Positions 12,943 through 26,949 of a stretch of 64,000 nt of DNA are shown here, piece after piece. Source of the DNA: Dicyema japonicum (taxonomy: Eukaryota; Animalia; Dicyemida); the NCBI GenBank assembly GCA_011109175.1, contig RDEW01000008.1, positions 67,228 to 131,227 on the forward strand. The letters are read 5' to 3'. The notes under the pieces were generated by a model. It did not search any database. It saw only the letters and a program-made list of their open reading frames with translations, and was not told the origin of the DNA. The first letter of the stretch is position 1. Each line of letters begins with the position of its first letter. A program made the translations under genes and the position numbers.

Positions 12943-13022
12943 CACAAGACTAAATTTAAAAAATTTTAATATTTGAAAATAATATTATAATATTTTCAAT
13001 TTTAAATACTTTTGTCTCCCTT

Positions 13023-13440
13023 ATGACTTTTTGAAGTGTTGTCCCATGTGTCCTAATTAGTTGGGAGTTCGATACCGCTGTTTACCTGGTCGAAGGATTC
13101 CTTACTGGTAAAATGCTTTCTCCAAATCTTACAGGGGTCATGTTATCAACCTGTATCAGGAGACGCCGGTGTCTGGCCTCAACCAAAAAGGATCTATATC
13201 TTTCTACCCCATTGGAGGAGTTCTCATACTGCCGGAGATGGACTGACTTGTTCCTTGGAAGGAACATGACTTATTCCGACCCTGTGAACTGGATATAGTG
13301 GCGGATCAAGTCATCTTCGAGTTCCTTGTTAGGAGCATGGCAGCGTGGGTTATCCTACTCTAGTATCTACCTGTGATGTGAGAATACAGAGAGTGCGTGC
13401 GTGGGACCACAGGAGGGACACTAAACAAAGATGAAAAGCT
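13023..13440 (+). CDS. Putative micro-intron-containing gene divergent from MRRF, unidentified
   Basis: Two plausible GT-AG micro-introns (25 and 27 nt) flank an exon encoding WEFDTAVYLVEGFLT; the downstream frame is unresolved. Confidence 0.25.
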
Positions 13441-16145
13441 TATTTAGAGAGGCTAGGATTTTCTAATGGTACTGGTTTTTTAATAATTCAATGGTCTTTT
13501 GGTCCTTAAGACCGTAGCAGATTTGTTCAGACACCCACATCGAATCTCCCCAGCTCATGATCTCAGGGGACCAAAAGCTATCTATTATCACACACCGATT
13601 TATTTATTTACACCACCACGATGATATCAGCTCGTAGAATCATGTCGCTTTGATCGATCTCCCTCTAGAGCTACCCTAGGAAAAAAAGTACATCCCCCTT
13701 TTCTAGCTCTGCTTTGACCAATTTCAAGTCATCCCGGGTTGCAGGATCTCCTATTTTAACGAATTTATTCTTTTACCCCAGTTTTTTCTTGTGAAGGAAA
13801 CCGGTGGTTAACGAAAGAGTAACAATCAAAACAAACACTCCCATAGAGCAGTCACATGTATCTGATGTGGTGTAGAAATTGAAGAAGACCATGAAATGAA
13901 GAGTAGAAGAATCTAGAAGGCAGGAGGTAGTCAGCGATGGAACTTATTGTTAGATTGGTTTTCATATTGGTCACTCGCTAGTGAAGAAAACTGTCTCCGT
14001 GTTGGGGGTTCGTCAAATTTACAGGCAAATTCTATTCGACTCAGTAATGACTTGTCTCTGATTTTCTAGAAACATGCCATTGAGAGGTTTGGGCTGAATA
14101 GGGAGTTGTGCCTCTAGCTGACCTCACCAAAAATCCGCACAGAGAAAAACCTTCACAAATGTAGGGGATTGTTCATTAAATCCGTGTTATTACCGAAAAC
14201 TGTCTCTAAATGATGTGGAATTTCATAAAACTGAAGAAGAAAGAATATTTGAAGCATTGGGTCTTTGGGGAGGACTGTGTTTTAATATCCAAGTTGCTTC
14301 CCTAATGGACCACGTGGATGTCGTAGATGAGTTGTTCAGGCTTATTGAACTAACAAACTTTTTAACGGCCTGAAAAATTTGTCTGTAAACTTGCCAAATT
14401 TGCTGCTTCATTAAAAAATTCGTTGTTTCTAGTAGTCACAAGGGTAGATCAGATGAGAGACTCAACGGAAGGCAACAATGTCCTCTACTTTGGTCTGATT
14501 GATTCTCTTATTCGACTAGTTGTCTCCAATTATGTCTTTATTTGTCAGTTCTCACTGTATTTTTAGGTTCAATTTTCTAACCTAAAAAAGTGGCCCGGAA
14601 AAAAGTACGACTGTGACCCCCAAATTAGAAGAAGTTCATTCCAGCTTGTAAAATATGAGGATGGTGGTCACTGCTATAGAGTATTTCTGCATAAAGTCCT
14701 ACCTCAGACAGCTCTCCTCAACGTAAGGACATGCTCTACAGTTTTGATACGTAAACGTTGAATCAGATAACTCCCCCATTGTGAACTTTGAGCATTTGCT
14801 GAACGATACTGAGAATAATCCGTTATTTATGCTGTTATTCTCGGTAATAATGGAATCCGCCAAGATTTGGGAGAGATTTTTTCGGAATTTGAGGAATTAG
14901 TCTCTGAAGTGAATTGCATGAACTGTGATCGAATGTACCACCGTTTTTGGTTTCTCCCATCTTTCGTCGGCGGAATTTTCACTGAAAGGCCCAACTGAGA
15001 GTTGACCTCCAAAAGGGAGTCGAATTCAGTTTGGGCTGAGGAGGGGAGTTTATATGTTATGAAATCTTTCGACTTTCTGGCATTTCCCTACAACAGTCAC
15101 CAAGGATGTTCTCCGTCAAATCGAGTACCCTTCTAGTGTTAAGTGAATGAAGGTTTCTATACCTGAAATATTCAACTCTCTTCCCAAACCCACGTGGGAT
15201 AAGGGAAAGCAATCTTTTAAAGAATTTGTTGAGTCGTAAAAATAAAATTTATACTTCTTTCAACGAAACACGTTTTGTCTACAAAAACCAAAATAATGCT
15301 GAGTCTCTCTCCTTTAAAGCAGAATGCAGACCAAGGGATGAAGGGAACCTGCTTATGTGATGGGGCGGGGGAGAGAATGATTCTATTTCTTGCCCATTTG
15401 CACTGAGGGTTGCCCATAGGTGGACCACGTGACGCCATGCTAACAACATTTATCATCTGAATATGACAAGGGTGATAAGAAGAACCGGGATCCAATTAGC
15501 TGACATTCCAGGTCAGTGACCTTTTTTGACATTCCACTAAAAATCAAGCAAAACTTATATTACCGATTTGGGGAGTTCTTTGGCGAATCGGAAGGAAGGG
15601 ATCACTTGTTCCCGGAAGCTATGTTCTGGCAATCACCCAAGAGCGATTCAAATTCTGGCTCAATGACATGAAGGGAGATATTGATCCCTTATCCATCCTT
15701 GTTGACACTAACACTGCACGGACGTCGAGCTGACACTTCACTTGTGAGACTGATAATTTGATCTTAGATTTGACAGCATCAGATGCACCACTGTCTGGGT
15801 TAGAATCCCGTCTGCTTCATATTAGTTAGTTACCCCCGATTTCGCCAATATGTAGAGGGTCGGCTTTTCTGATAGGATTCTTCTGGAATCTCCATCAACG
15901 GTCGCTTTCGAGTCGTCTATTGGGGGTTTGTGGGGAAGTTGGTTACTATCTTTTTATAGCAACTAATAGACTCTTCTTCATACAAGGACCTGCCTTTCGA
16001 GAATCCCTTTCCTCCCAAACTCTATTCTTTTGTCTTACACCGATGACCTCTTTATTGCAGCGAGGCATGTAAGACCTGAGGAAACGATACGAAAGGACAT
16101 TGTTTCATGACAAACTGTAGTGGGAGCTAGGCATGGACGCCGTAA

Positions 16146-16364
16146 TTAGACAATAACCACCATATTCTCTTTCTTGTGACTACACGGGATGTCCACTTGT
16201 CTTAATGTGGGTAAAAGACTTTGGCTTTCTTTTTTTCCCATGAACATGGGCGTGATAACTGGCTCAGGAGACGTCAGAAACCCGAGGTACTGAACAAAAT
16301 ATGTGTTGGATGCACTTAGGGTCCGGATTCGAATCTCCCCCAGCCCAGAATAAAAAGATCCCAT
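16146..16364 (-). mobile_element. Degenerate Gypsy-like RT fragment
   Basis: VQYLGFLTSP resembles the V.YLG..IS thumb motif of LTR reverse transcriptases. Confidence 0.35.
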
Positions 16365-16526
16365 AGGATCATGCCAGAAGCTGCAGAATAATAGTTATTA
16401 TTGATCCCACATCGACAAAGGGAGGTCGAAACCGGCGGGGACGGGCATCTTGAACGGAGTCTGGCGATAGTTACTAAGCCTCTATGCATGCTACTAATAT
16501 TTGGTCCTCGATTACGTCACAATAAT

Positions 16527-17041
16527 TTATTTTTGTAATAAATAGCACATGTGTTCCTTCCACTTATCCTTCCTGTAAAATCTTTTGCTGCATCTTTCGC
16601 AATAAAAGGGATAGTAGGAGCTGTGGCTCATTAAATGTCTCTTGAATGCTTTTATTGTCAGTATTTTGTCGCAGATTGGACAGATCTTGTACCTCCGTGA
16701 GCTTGACGACACTGTTCTCTGTCCTAAATTGAATAGGAGACCTTACTATTACTTTTTAGGGGACAGAAAGCTTCCACGATGCAGTTTTGCGACAAAGTCC
16801 GTGTCCACTCGAGCATCTTTTGGATTTCACTGTGAATTCTCAAATGTTGGGTCCTCATAAAGTTTAGAAAGTCATCCTTGTCTTTATTTTGGATTATTTG
16901 AAAATATATTCTTTGCAGCAAATCCATATACTCTCTGAATTTTGACAAAACCAAAACGTGAGATTTGTTGAACTTTACGAATAAATCTATTTTACACAAC
17001 CCCCTACCAAATACTAAATCCGAGTCTTTCTCAGGCCTCAT
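16527..17041 (-). CDS. C2H2 zinc-finger protein
   Basis: A 23-nt GT-AG intron (16724-16746) joins two ORFs in frame; fingers CPIC...HLMSH and CERC...KEHMC with a linker. Confidence 0.75.
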
Positions 17042-17924
17042 TCGCCTTATTTCTAAAAACGCTGTATTTTATATTTGACAAATGTGTCAGAATTGATAAC
17101 GATGACATACTAAGTAAAAATTTATCAGCAATCTAATTAAAATAGTGCATTCTAAATGTGGCCAGTTAGTTTTTTGTGGAGTGTGTGGTAACCCTGGGTG
17201 AGGCGCTATTGTAGGACTCCACTGAGGGAATGGCCAAAGGGTATCAAATTGGGGTCGTAGTTATTCTTAAGGATTGTCATTCTGGGGACGATTGGTCGTT
17301 CAGCTCCAATTCGCGTTACTTGGAAGTTACTTGGTAGGGGTTTGAAGTGGGGACTAACTTCTATTGCACAGAAGTTTCTTCATTCCTCCCCTGAGCATAG
17401 ATGGTGAAAAACTCGGGGGACATTAGTGACCTGAAGATCTTTACTTGATATAACACTGGTTTGACTGGAGCAAATGCAAAACACCTGATGTCCTCGATAC
17501 AAGAGGTCACAAGAGAAACCAAAGAGCTGTTCAATGTATTAAGGCCGCGCATGTCATTGACACATCTCATAGACTTGTTCCCATACGAAGAGATAACTAT
17601 AATGGATTTTGGCGGGCAAACAGGAATTAAGTCTGCATAGCATAACAGGTGGAAGTTATGGCGACTATGAAGTGGTGGAATGTACGCACTTGGTTATGGC
17701 AGTACAAAATTAAGGATTGAATCTTTTCACTATTTATAAAACACAAATATTCGTCTTATTTTTTGCTTGTTGAGTTGGAAAGGACAAATCCTTGACACAC
17801 ATATATTTTTCAGAGTGGAGTGATGCGGTGGTATAGTGAGACGTTCGGTATTAATAATTGGCCTTTCACGAGAGCCACAATGCTTAAAGGTCCACATGGG
17901 CAGGACGCACACTTTAATTTAGAC

Positions 17925-17945
17925 CAGTGTTTCTCAACGTGGGAC
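17925..17945 (+). mobile_element. hAT Buster/Charlie-type left terminus
   Basis: CAGTGTTTCTCAAC preceded by the 8-mer ATTTAGAC (central TA). Confidence 0.55.
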
Positions 17946-18242
17946 GATTTTGAATTAAAGATTTTTAAACCATAAAATGAAAAATTTCAAAGACCATGGT
18001 AACACAAAATAACTACTAACATGAACCATGCGAACGCCAATAGAGACCTCAATTTGGCACTATGTTCTTCCCAGAGCCCACAAAAGTACGTTTTGGGCGT
18101 AGGACTTGATGTTCGTAGTCGCACAGGGCCTCTTGGACTATGCGGATTAGGAAATCCACTGGCATTGATAAGTGTCCATGATATATTTATAATTAAAATT
18201 AATTTAATAATTTAAATTTTAAATTTATTAAGGAAAAAAATG

Positions 18243-18270
18243 AGCAAATGGTCATATAGTGGTCGCCCTA
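18243..18270. mobile_element. hAT Blackjack-like right terminus (related copy at 49265-49294)
   Basis: GAGCAAATGGTCATATAGTGGTCGCCCTA reads TAGGGCGACCA on the reverse strand; a similar sequence lies at 49265. Confidence 0.45.
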
Positions 18271-21084
18271 GTTGCGTTGCTATTATTTCTCCTGATTGAA
18301 GATTTCTTTTCCTAGAAACAGAACGGATACTCTATAATTTCTTAGATCATGGGAGAGGTGAGATTATGTGACGCATTCAAAAAAATTACGTATGCTGTTA
18401 AAGATCATTTCAAAGTCTTAGAAACTACAATAAAGGGGAGTAGGGACTGTTTGGACACACCCTCAGAATAGGTTCGAGGGTACCTGCCAACGATGTAAAG
18501 GGTGCATACTTTGAGTGTACTCGAAAATCTAGGATGCCCTAGATACAGCTGGAATTCAAAAATAAAGCTACATGAAGCAGTAGACTAGAAGCTCTACACG
18601 AAATCACATCCTGGGGTAACTCACTGTTGAACCATTAATAAAACCACTGTTCAGAGGACAAAAAATCCTATAATCCTTTTCCCTTGCTTATGGTCCCTGC
18701 TCAAATTACTACAATACTGAGCAGGTCCTCGATAAGCGGACTCTCCTCATTCTCCATAAACTGGTCGAAAGTCGGGTGATCTTTGTAATAACGGTTGTAT
18801 CAACACAGAAAAGAAGATCAACGTGCATCAAAACCTTCATTCTGGTCTTCAAGGAGCATCAACGATTCTTACAGAGGGAGTTCAGGTTCAGACATGGATT
18901 TCGCTGAAATTCACGGAAAAGTATATCCATGAGGACGGAAAAAGAGTTTGGGAACTTCAATAGATCGATTAGTACCCTTATTCCATAATTTACAAAGCAG
19001 GGATTCCATGTCCTGAGCTAATCTGCATAAAGAGCACGTGATTGTGATGTCATTTATTGGAGAGGACGGTTTGTCTGTCCATTTGTTGAAGCAAATTCAA
19101 CTTGGTGGTTCCTTGGGATGCGACTATACGTGAAGTGTGTTCTCATAATGAGGAAGTTATACCACGTGTATCATTTGGTACATGCGGATTTGATTGAATT
19201 GCCTTGAATTTTTTCAGAGTGGACTGTAGGAATGTAATAGGTACCCCATGTTGTGATTTTTGTCTTCTATAGGAGGAATAATGCTGTGACCTTACTTATT
19301 TGGAAGTTGTTCGACTTTGTGGTAAATCCAATATTTGTGAAAGAGAGGATCAGTTGGAGATGATTATGAATCTTTAAGGCCTCCCAGATTATGACTTGGA
19401 TAAAGTGTCTTGAATACTGATATCCCCCGAAATCTGGATGATCTAAAGCAGGCATGTCAGATACGAGGCCCTTTTCAAGCAGGCGTGCGGCTATGGTAAG
19501 GGTTACACAAAGGATTTTTATTTAGTCGACGACATTGGACTCTTATCCCCCCATCATCAAAATGAGACCACCAAAGAAAAGCAATGGATTTCTGTTATGA
19601 CCTTTCTACGTGGTCAGAAGATGTTCATACGGTCCCCCTTACATACGAACGTTTCCAGAACAACGGTACTGTCCTTCAAGGTGCGTGCTTCCACGTGTTT
19701 GGCAGAACACTGGGCGCTTACGTCCATAACATGGTACTGAAATTGTGACCCCATTTAGAATGCATCTTCAGTTAAGGAGAAAAGAAAACATTAAGAAAGA
19801 CGGGTATTTCAATAAAAATGGGAACTACAGTGCTTTCTGGTTAATTTCAGAGATAAATACTTAGTTTGTAATAACAGCATTGCCACACCAAAATACTACA
19901 ACTTACCATCGATCTTTCGACAAATTCGTGGGCCTAATGCGTGTTTCAGACTCGAAGAATTGAAGGCTGTTGACACAGAAACAAGCATGTTTTACAGAAA
20001 TAGAGCAAGCCAATGTCGCTTCTGTTACTGCAAGCTATGAACTCAACCGAATGATCCACATGAGTGGCAGATCGTAAGGAGAGTGAAATCAACAAAACCT
20101 TCTCAGAGAAAAGGTGTTGTGGTGAACTTTGGATCTTTTTTGAGTTTGGTATGCCTGATCTAAATGATGCTGAGAAGGAGTTTGATTTGGTTCAGAATGG
20201 AGATATGGACGCTGTATTGGGTTTTCTGATTTTAGATTAACTACGTGAGTGTTGTTGGCCTTAACGTCTCTGCCCCTTAGGTCGATGGGAGTGATTCTCT
20301 GAGACTTCTTTATGTGAAGAGGTTGTGGGTGGTGAGAATGAGAGTGCGAAGCTATTTGTAACTCCCTGTATAGCGGGATTTTATTGTGGAAGTGATCTTT
20401 GATACATATATGTGTTTCTCGCGGAATGTCTGAAATTTGTTAACAAATGTAAGAAAAAATCAACCTGAAAAGCCCAACTGGGGTGTGGATAATCGGGAAC
20501 CTTTCCGTGCTGAAAAACGATGCTGACACTCTTGGAGTTCCTAATCTGAAAGAATAACAGAGGAAGTCTGACCTAACGTGATCAGGAGATAATCCGAAAG
20601 AGACATTCCCTAACGGATCAAGGAGGCGAAGTTTTTGTTTGTTTTGTCTGTTTCTCCTCTTTCCCTTCCTATTGGAGCGACCTCATATGATCCGCCTGTA
20701 TAGGTGGCGCCCAGTGTCAGGCTGGCACAAAAAAAGGACCATTTGCTCACCCTCACTCCACTGGAGGGGTTTCCTCAACTCCAACTAATTGACGTCTTTT
20801 TTCCTTTGCTGATTCCGTTGGACTCTTTCTGTAAAAGTGGAAACTGCATACACTCAACTAGTTGTTTACTATAACTTCTTTCTCGGTGTATTTTGGATTA
20901 ATAGCACTTTGATCCAATCAAACCTTTTCTGTGTTACAAAAATCAGTGAGGTCCTTAAATTGGCCCAAATTGTCCCTGAACTATTTGTGAATTTGTGAAT
21001 TTAAACATCTGGGTACTTCATATTTGCAAAATATTCAATAAGATTACGATTTTTCAGAGAGTTCCGGATCCTAATCCCCCTCTA

Positions 21085-21225
21085 CACTAGAGTTTTTCGG
21101 ACGTCTTGGAAAACCGGATCACCTCATGCACTGGAGATCTCCGCGAACGTCGCTGGCTGTTTGAGCGAATTTCGCTCGCAATTCTGAGAGGGAACAGCCA
21201 CGCAGTGAGGGCGGGAGCTAACTAA
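21085..21225 (-). repeat. Dispersed repeat family B (overlapping parts at 57005-57250 + and 52925-53100 +)
   Basis: CTGCGTGG..TTCCCTCTCAG...GCGAGCGA.ATTCGCTCAAA is shared with 57005; CCAGACGTCTCAAC...AAAAAATCCT is shared between 57100 and 52930. Confidence 0.65.
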
Positions 21226-21949
21226 AACTTTCGTCTACTTTATAATATTTGGATATTTCTTCAAAGTGATCTACAAATCCTTCTAGGTCAGGTTGTTCGT
21301 CAGTTATCATTTCCCCGTGTAATTTATGCATTCGAAAACCAAGCGTAGTATCAAGTTAAGGAAATTTTAACGATTGCATGTCTTTGTTGAAGGAATATAA
21401 TTTTAAGATGTCTTTGATGTGGACTCTAGGGAATTAATAATATTATTCACTGTTTTTTTGAAATTCGAATATTAAATAAATCAGAAAATATGTGAACGAT
21501 TTTTGGCTCGATATTCGCTTCTTTGTATCTCAAAATTTCGAGTTTTTGGAAACAATTAAGCCTTTTTCTAACACATGGTAAAATTTTTAGTTTGAAATTT
21601 TGATTTTTAATGAAATAATTGAAAACTATATTTTGTGCTATTAAAAATATATTTTATGCTTTTTTAAAATGTGTGGCCAATTGAGATTTCTTAGGAAAAT
21701 TGGCTTTTTTGAACCTTTGACGTGAACTTTCAGCCATAAATTGGCCAATTTGAGGATTGGACAATTAGAGGGACTTCACTGTCCTACGTTTAATGTTCGA
21801 AATATTTATATTCAAATCAATTTGAAATGTTTTGTGAATTATTTTATGAGTAATCTACCATACGAAATAACAATCAATAAATTAATAAAAGAATCACTCA
21901 AATAAACTTAATGGTCATTAATGTAGTTCTGGGATTATAAAAATGACAA

Positions 21950-24241
21950 CTTTGTAATTTCTTCGAAAAATCTCGGCATAGTGATGAATCTCTTTCATAT
22001 TGGATAGTAAGCATACATTCTCAATTTTTATGATATTGTCATGTGAAATTAACTTGCCCATAAATACACGTGCTAATGTAAAAATAAAAAATAACGTTCT
22101 AATGTTGTTAAATTAGCACATTTCCAGACAGCCTAAAGCCAAATTCGCTCATCTAAGTTATCATTGAATAAATTTATCGTTGACATTAGTGATCTACCAT
22201 AAAAATAGAAAATAATCTTTTATTGAATTCACATTGGGCTTCATAAGGATATTGTCTTATAAAGCGAACAAGTTTATTCAGAATGAGTTCTTGTGGATTC
22301 AGATCACTGAAGTCAGAATTAATAAATATTGGCAAAACATCATTAGGATCACTCAACAACAGGCAGAGAGAACTCAAAATTAAATAGCGATGATGAAAAT
22401 TGAGCAAAACGGAATCCATGTCTCTTTTAAGTAAAGCAACAAAATTACAATAAATAATTTATTAGACCGCTCCTTCTTATTAATTTTCTAGCCTTTGCAA
22501 ATTTAGTCAGATTATCCAAAAATAAGTCAAGTGGATAAAAAATATAATCGCATAAAAAATATAATTCGAGAAAATAATAAAGATGTTCAATACCGCCAAG
22601 ATCAACAAACAGATTAACATTCTTTTCATTTTCGTCTGAGTAAAATATTTCAATTACCTAAAAGATATTCCAACGTGTTGAGAGAAGCGTATAAAGGAGT
22701 TTTGAATATTTTAAGAGGCTCAAGAAAAAACTAAAATTATTCTGTTTTAAACCTTGACAAGGCCGGAATAGCCAAGATAGGCAAGAAATTCAATGCTCAT
22801 ACTTTTCATGATAGAGCGACAACAACCAAACAAATCATTTTCGAAGTCATACCAAGAATCCATTTGTGTTAACATGAATGACAGTGCAGGAAACTAAAAT
22901 GAGTAATAACTAACGAATATAGATATCTCCCAGGGTTTTAAACATAACAACAACTGAATGCATTCCACAGAAAACTAAAAATTTAAATTATTGATACATT
23001 ACGTGCATCATGAGTACCATCAATAAACTCAAGAAAAATGTCATAAATAATACTAAGGATAATTTCCACTCATACCAGCTATTAGCATAGGAAATTGCCT
23101 GGTTATTGATTATGTTAATTAAAATTATTCTAAAATAGAAATATTAAATTACATAATGAAGAGGAGACATTTTTTATAATTTTCACTCTTACGAATAAAC
23201 TAAACCTAAGTCTTCAAAATACTTTCAAAAATTTATTTAATAAGTTATTTTGAATTCTGAAATTCATTCGAGAAATCTCTGCAAAAGTTTCACTTGCTAA
23301 TTTTTTCTTATTTACGAAATGTAAAACAGACCTGACAAGGTTATTTAAAATTGATTCCGGATTATTCTATGTTATTTTATCAAATGTACCGAATTGGTTA
23401 TATTTTTATTAAAATTTAAAATTGTATAAAAATGAAATTTTTTCAATCCCTTTTTTGCAAAATGGCTAAAATTGTTCAAATAAATAACTCAGATATGTTG
23501 CTTAATATTTCCTCGTCGATAAAATATCCTGATAAATCTACAAAAGTAAGATTTTCGGTCTTTTTAAATAATGAGATGAAATTACAGTCACATCCCTCCA
23601 AGTATCCATCACTTGTATGCACAAAATGACTAGATTTGAGGGAAAATCAACTTTAAAGACTCCGGACTGTTAATGCTTGCAGCAAATTCCGTAAAATCAG
23701 TAATTAAGACATTGTGAAAATTTACACGTTCCAGTTTATCAATTATTTTTAGTGTACTATTATACATAGTCGTCGTTCTGTTTACTCCAAGGAGTTTGAG
23801 AAATTTTATATTTTTAAATCCAGTCATGAATAGCTGATGTAGCAAATCTGGGTCATCATAATGCAAGAGTGTGAATGATTTGACCTCATTCGGGGAAAAT
23901 GCCAATATAGGATTCTTTGTTGTTGAAATAATCCTTCTTATTGTAATATTGGATAAATTTGGATAAACTTGAATCATCTTAACAACGTCGTTAACGTCAA
24001 CATCTTCACCAGTCAATTCAATGTAAAAAATTGACCTGTTTACTACATCTGAAATTTTATATAAACTTGAATCTTGAAAAGATAGGTTTTTCTTAGGACG
24101 TGAATTCAAATATTTCAGTTCATTAAGGATTCTTTTGGAAAACATTTTTTTAGACTTGTCGTTTAATTTTATATATTTTTTATCTTCAAAGTTTGTTCGA
24201 ATATTATTAATGCATAATGCATATAATGAAGGTGTTTCCAT
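21950..24241 (-). CDS. ZER1/ZYG-11-like protein (BC/VHL-box, LRRs, ARM-like C-terminal region)
   Basis: Begins METPSLYALCINNI (T/P-S-L-x-x-L-C BC-box pattern); 200+ aa LRR-like ORF, LTFVDLSGYFI repeat, helical C-terminal exons. The 3' boundary is approximate and frameshifts are required. Confidence 0.5.
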
Positions 24242-24378
24242 TTTATAATAAAAATTAAATATATTTTTTGATCTTATATTTTTTATCTTCAAAGTTTGTT
24301 CGAATATTATTAATGCATAATGCATATAATGAAGGTGTTTCCATTCTATAATAAAAATTAAATATATTTTTTGATCTT
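24172..24378. repeat. 103-bp tandem duplication over the ZER1-like start codon
   Basis: TATCTTCAAAG... starts at 24181 and again at 24284; the copies differ at about one base. Confidence 0.9.
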
Positions 24379-24559
24379 TATATATTTTTTAATTATATTT
24401 ATTATTTTAGTTTCATGAATATTTATTATAACCTTTTTATGATTAACTTGACCCGCGTTCGTTGTGTTCACCAAATGGATTTAAATTCGTCTCAGTACAG
24501 ATTGGGTAGTGGTCCTCTCAACTTTACTCATCATTCATGGAAAGCTTATCTCAGTATTG

Positions 24560-25300
24560 AGAGATATGAGTAATATAGTCAAGGCTGACAAGATAACTGA
24601 AGTTGCATATGCTGAGAAGTGAACTTTATCCCCCATCAAAAGTTGGCACTCGAAGAATTACTCAGTGGAAGGTCATAATACGTAACCTAAAGTCGGAAGG
24701 GTCACAATACTTTCGTTAAACCGATCATTTTGTACAATGGAAGGACCTGGGGTGCATCAGAATCTGAACTGAGGACCCTTGAAGCATTCCTTTTGACAAC
24801 TCCACCGCTCTGTAACTCTGAAGGTAAAGTGAAATCAATATCGTCTGCAAAGTAAGAAGAGCATTATTTTCGGAGATCGGACATAAAAAGGTTGAATAGC
24901 GAGGAAGATAATGCAGATCCTAGTGGGACTCCATTAGTAATGAGACGGATTTTAGATCTCATGTATACACGTGCCCTCCATCCTTTAGGAGGTTTGTGAT
25001 CAAATGTTTAAGTTTCTTTGAGATCTCCGATTGAAAGATTTTCCTGGACAGTACCTGTCTCAAAACGGAGTCGAAAGCCTTGCAGATATCAAGCAAGCAG
25101 AGTTTTAGAATGCCTCGGCTTATTTTAAAATCCGTCCATAATGACGTTGGTCAATGATTTATGACATCCGAAAGGAGAGACACAACTCTGAATGACGGTG
25201 GATCATCTATTGGTCTTCCATGTTTCATTATGGCCGAATATGTGCATTTTTCCAAAGTGATGGTATCACATTTTGATTAATCGAAAAGTTGAAGATCGAC
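24560..25300 (-). mobile_element. Decayed Jockey/I-like LINE RT
   Basis: GVPLGSALSSSLFNLFMSDL and YFADD motifs, interrupted by stops. Confidence 0.7.
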
Positions 25301-25817
25301 GTTAGGAAGGTATCTCCAAGATTCTTTAATAGAATGACTTGAATGTCATTAGGGAAGCGAGAGTATGTGGTTCTTGTGGAAAGTAGTGTATCCCCCATAT
25401 CCATCGTAGATTAGCAGGATCTGACACACTTTTCAGTTTTCTGCGTGAAAGAGAGGTCATCCGACATCCTGTGTTCTTTGGATGAGATTTTCCTGTAGAA
25501 GTTTATCAGGACGTTCACACCTCTTAGAACGTAATCCTCTCTAAGCAAAATCTCTCTCCCTTTTCCACGTTTCGAATAGCTTCACCACTTCTCCACAGTG
25601 CAATATCGATTAACTGTTGTAAGTACATGATTCCACTTACCCATTGGGTCCTGAGATCTTTGGCCTTTATTTATTCAAGCTCTGAGCCGGAATTTCATCG
25701 CAGGGTGCTCCGATTTAATTTTTTAGATGATTTTTTTATTTAATCAGGGTCATCTTCCCATGAACACTCTATGAATTCAATAAGCGTCAGCTTCTAAGAT
25801 TATGTGATAAAGTAGGT

Positions 25818-26330
25818 CAGTTGTGGCCAACCGGTCGATCGCGGCAGGTATTTTTTTGTCTTTAAATTATTATAAAAAATATTTATCAATAATAAAGTTA
25901 ATATTTTACACGTGGTTTGTTAAGAGTAAGTCGAACAATTAAAAAAATCTTTTTTTTTAGCTTTGAAAAATTTGTTTATTCGTCAAAATCTGCAACAATT
26001 GCATCATTGCGAGTGACTCACCTTGCAAAACACAAAGAACTTTTCACTGATGATAATATTTTAAAATCATATTTTTGGGAGGTGTTGATTAATTTTTTGA
26101 TGATATGAAAAATAAACAAAAAAATTACTAATTGCATTACAATCACGCAACTCTCAAAACAGTCCGTTGTCAGAAGGGCTGAAAACATTTCCGACAATCT
26201 TTTTTCTCAGCTAAAAAAGGATCTGCACGCATGTTCATGTATTTCTCTTCAGTTAGACGAATCAAACGATGCGATTGATATCGCGCAACAATGTGTATTT
26301 TTCCGTTTAATTTTCCATTTTTTGGAAATC
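25818..26330 (+). mobile_element. hAT Buster/Charlie transposon 5' fragment
   Basis: TIR CAGTTGTGGCCAAC after AAGTAGGT; transposase fragment LSKQSVVRR...SLQLDESNDAIDIAQ.CVF.R. Confidence 0.8.
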
Positions 26331-26949
26331 GTTAAAATACAGCCGAATTTCATGGACAATCGATTGAAATAACGTCTTGATTCATCTTCTTATTAATATT
26401 CGATTTTTAGTTAAACCTGTCGTTAGACACATTAAAACATATTCTGAACGTCTTGTAGTACTTTCGAGTTCTGTTAAGTGTTTAAACATATTCCGGTATA
26501 TTTTTCTAATTTTGAAAGTCATAAGGAATGTATTGAATTCAGATCCCTGCAAATGATGATCTCGTCGAAGGTTGCCAGTATTTATAGGCTTGGCAGAATA
26601 TAGCTCGTCGGACACGATCCAAGAGGTGGAACGTTAATAGTCACAAAGGCATAGTCTTCCTTTTGTTGTCAGGAGGGAATTGTTTTGGAAACCTCAGTAT
26701 CTCCAAAAATTTTTTTCACATCCAAAGAGATGTCTCAGGTTCTTGAATGAATAGAGTGAGTAGGCCTCCACCTCCTCTCTTACCGATCCATTCTATAGTC
26801 TTGTACCCAGGTAATGGAGGAGTGGGGTCATTCCGAATGAGTTTAGAATTTTAAATCATAGCCACGTAGACCTTCTTGTGAGACCAGTTCCATGATCTTC
26901 CCCTCAATCTTGTTAAATTCAATTGAAGATCAGATAAGTGACTTTCCCG

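Noticed and set aside
14223-14411. LYR-motif-like start (QIWQVYRQIFQAVKKF)
   Set aside because: The downstream F...R/E pattern is missing and the opposite strand looks equally coding; unsupported.
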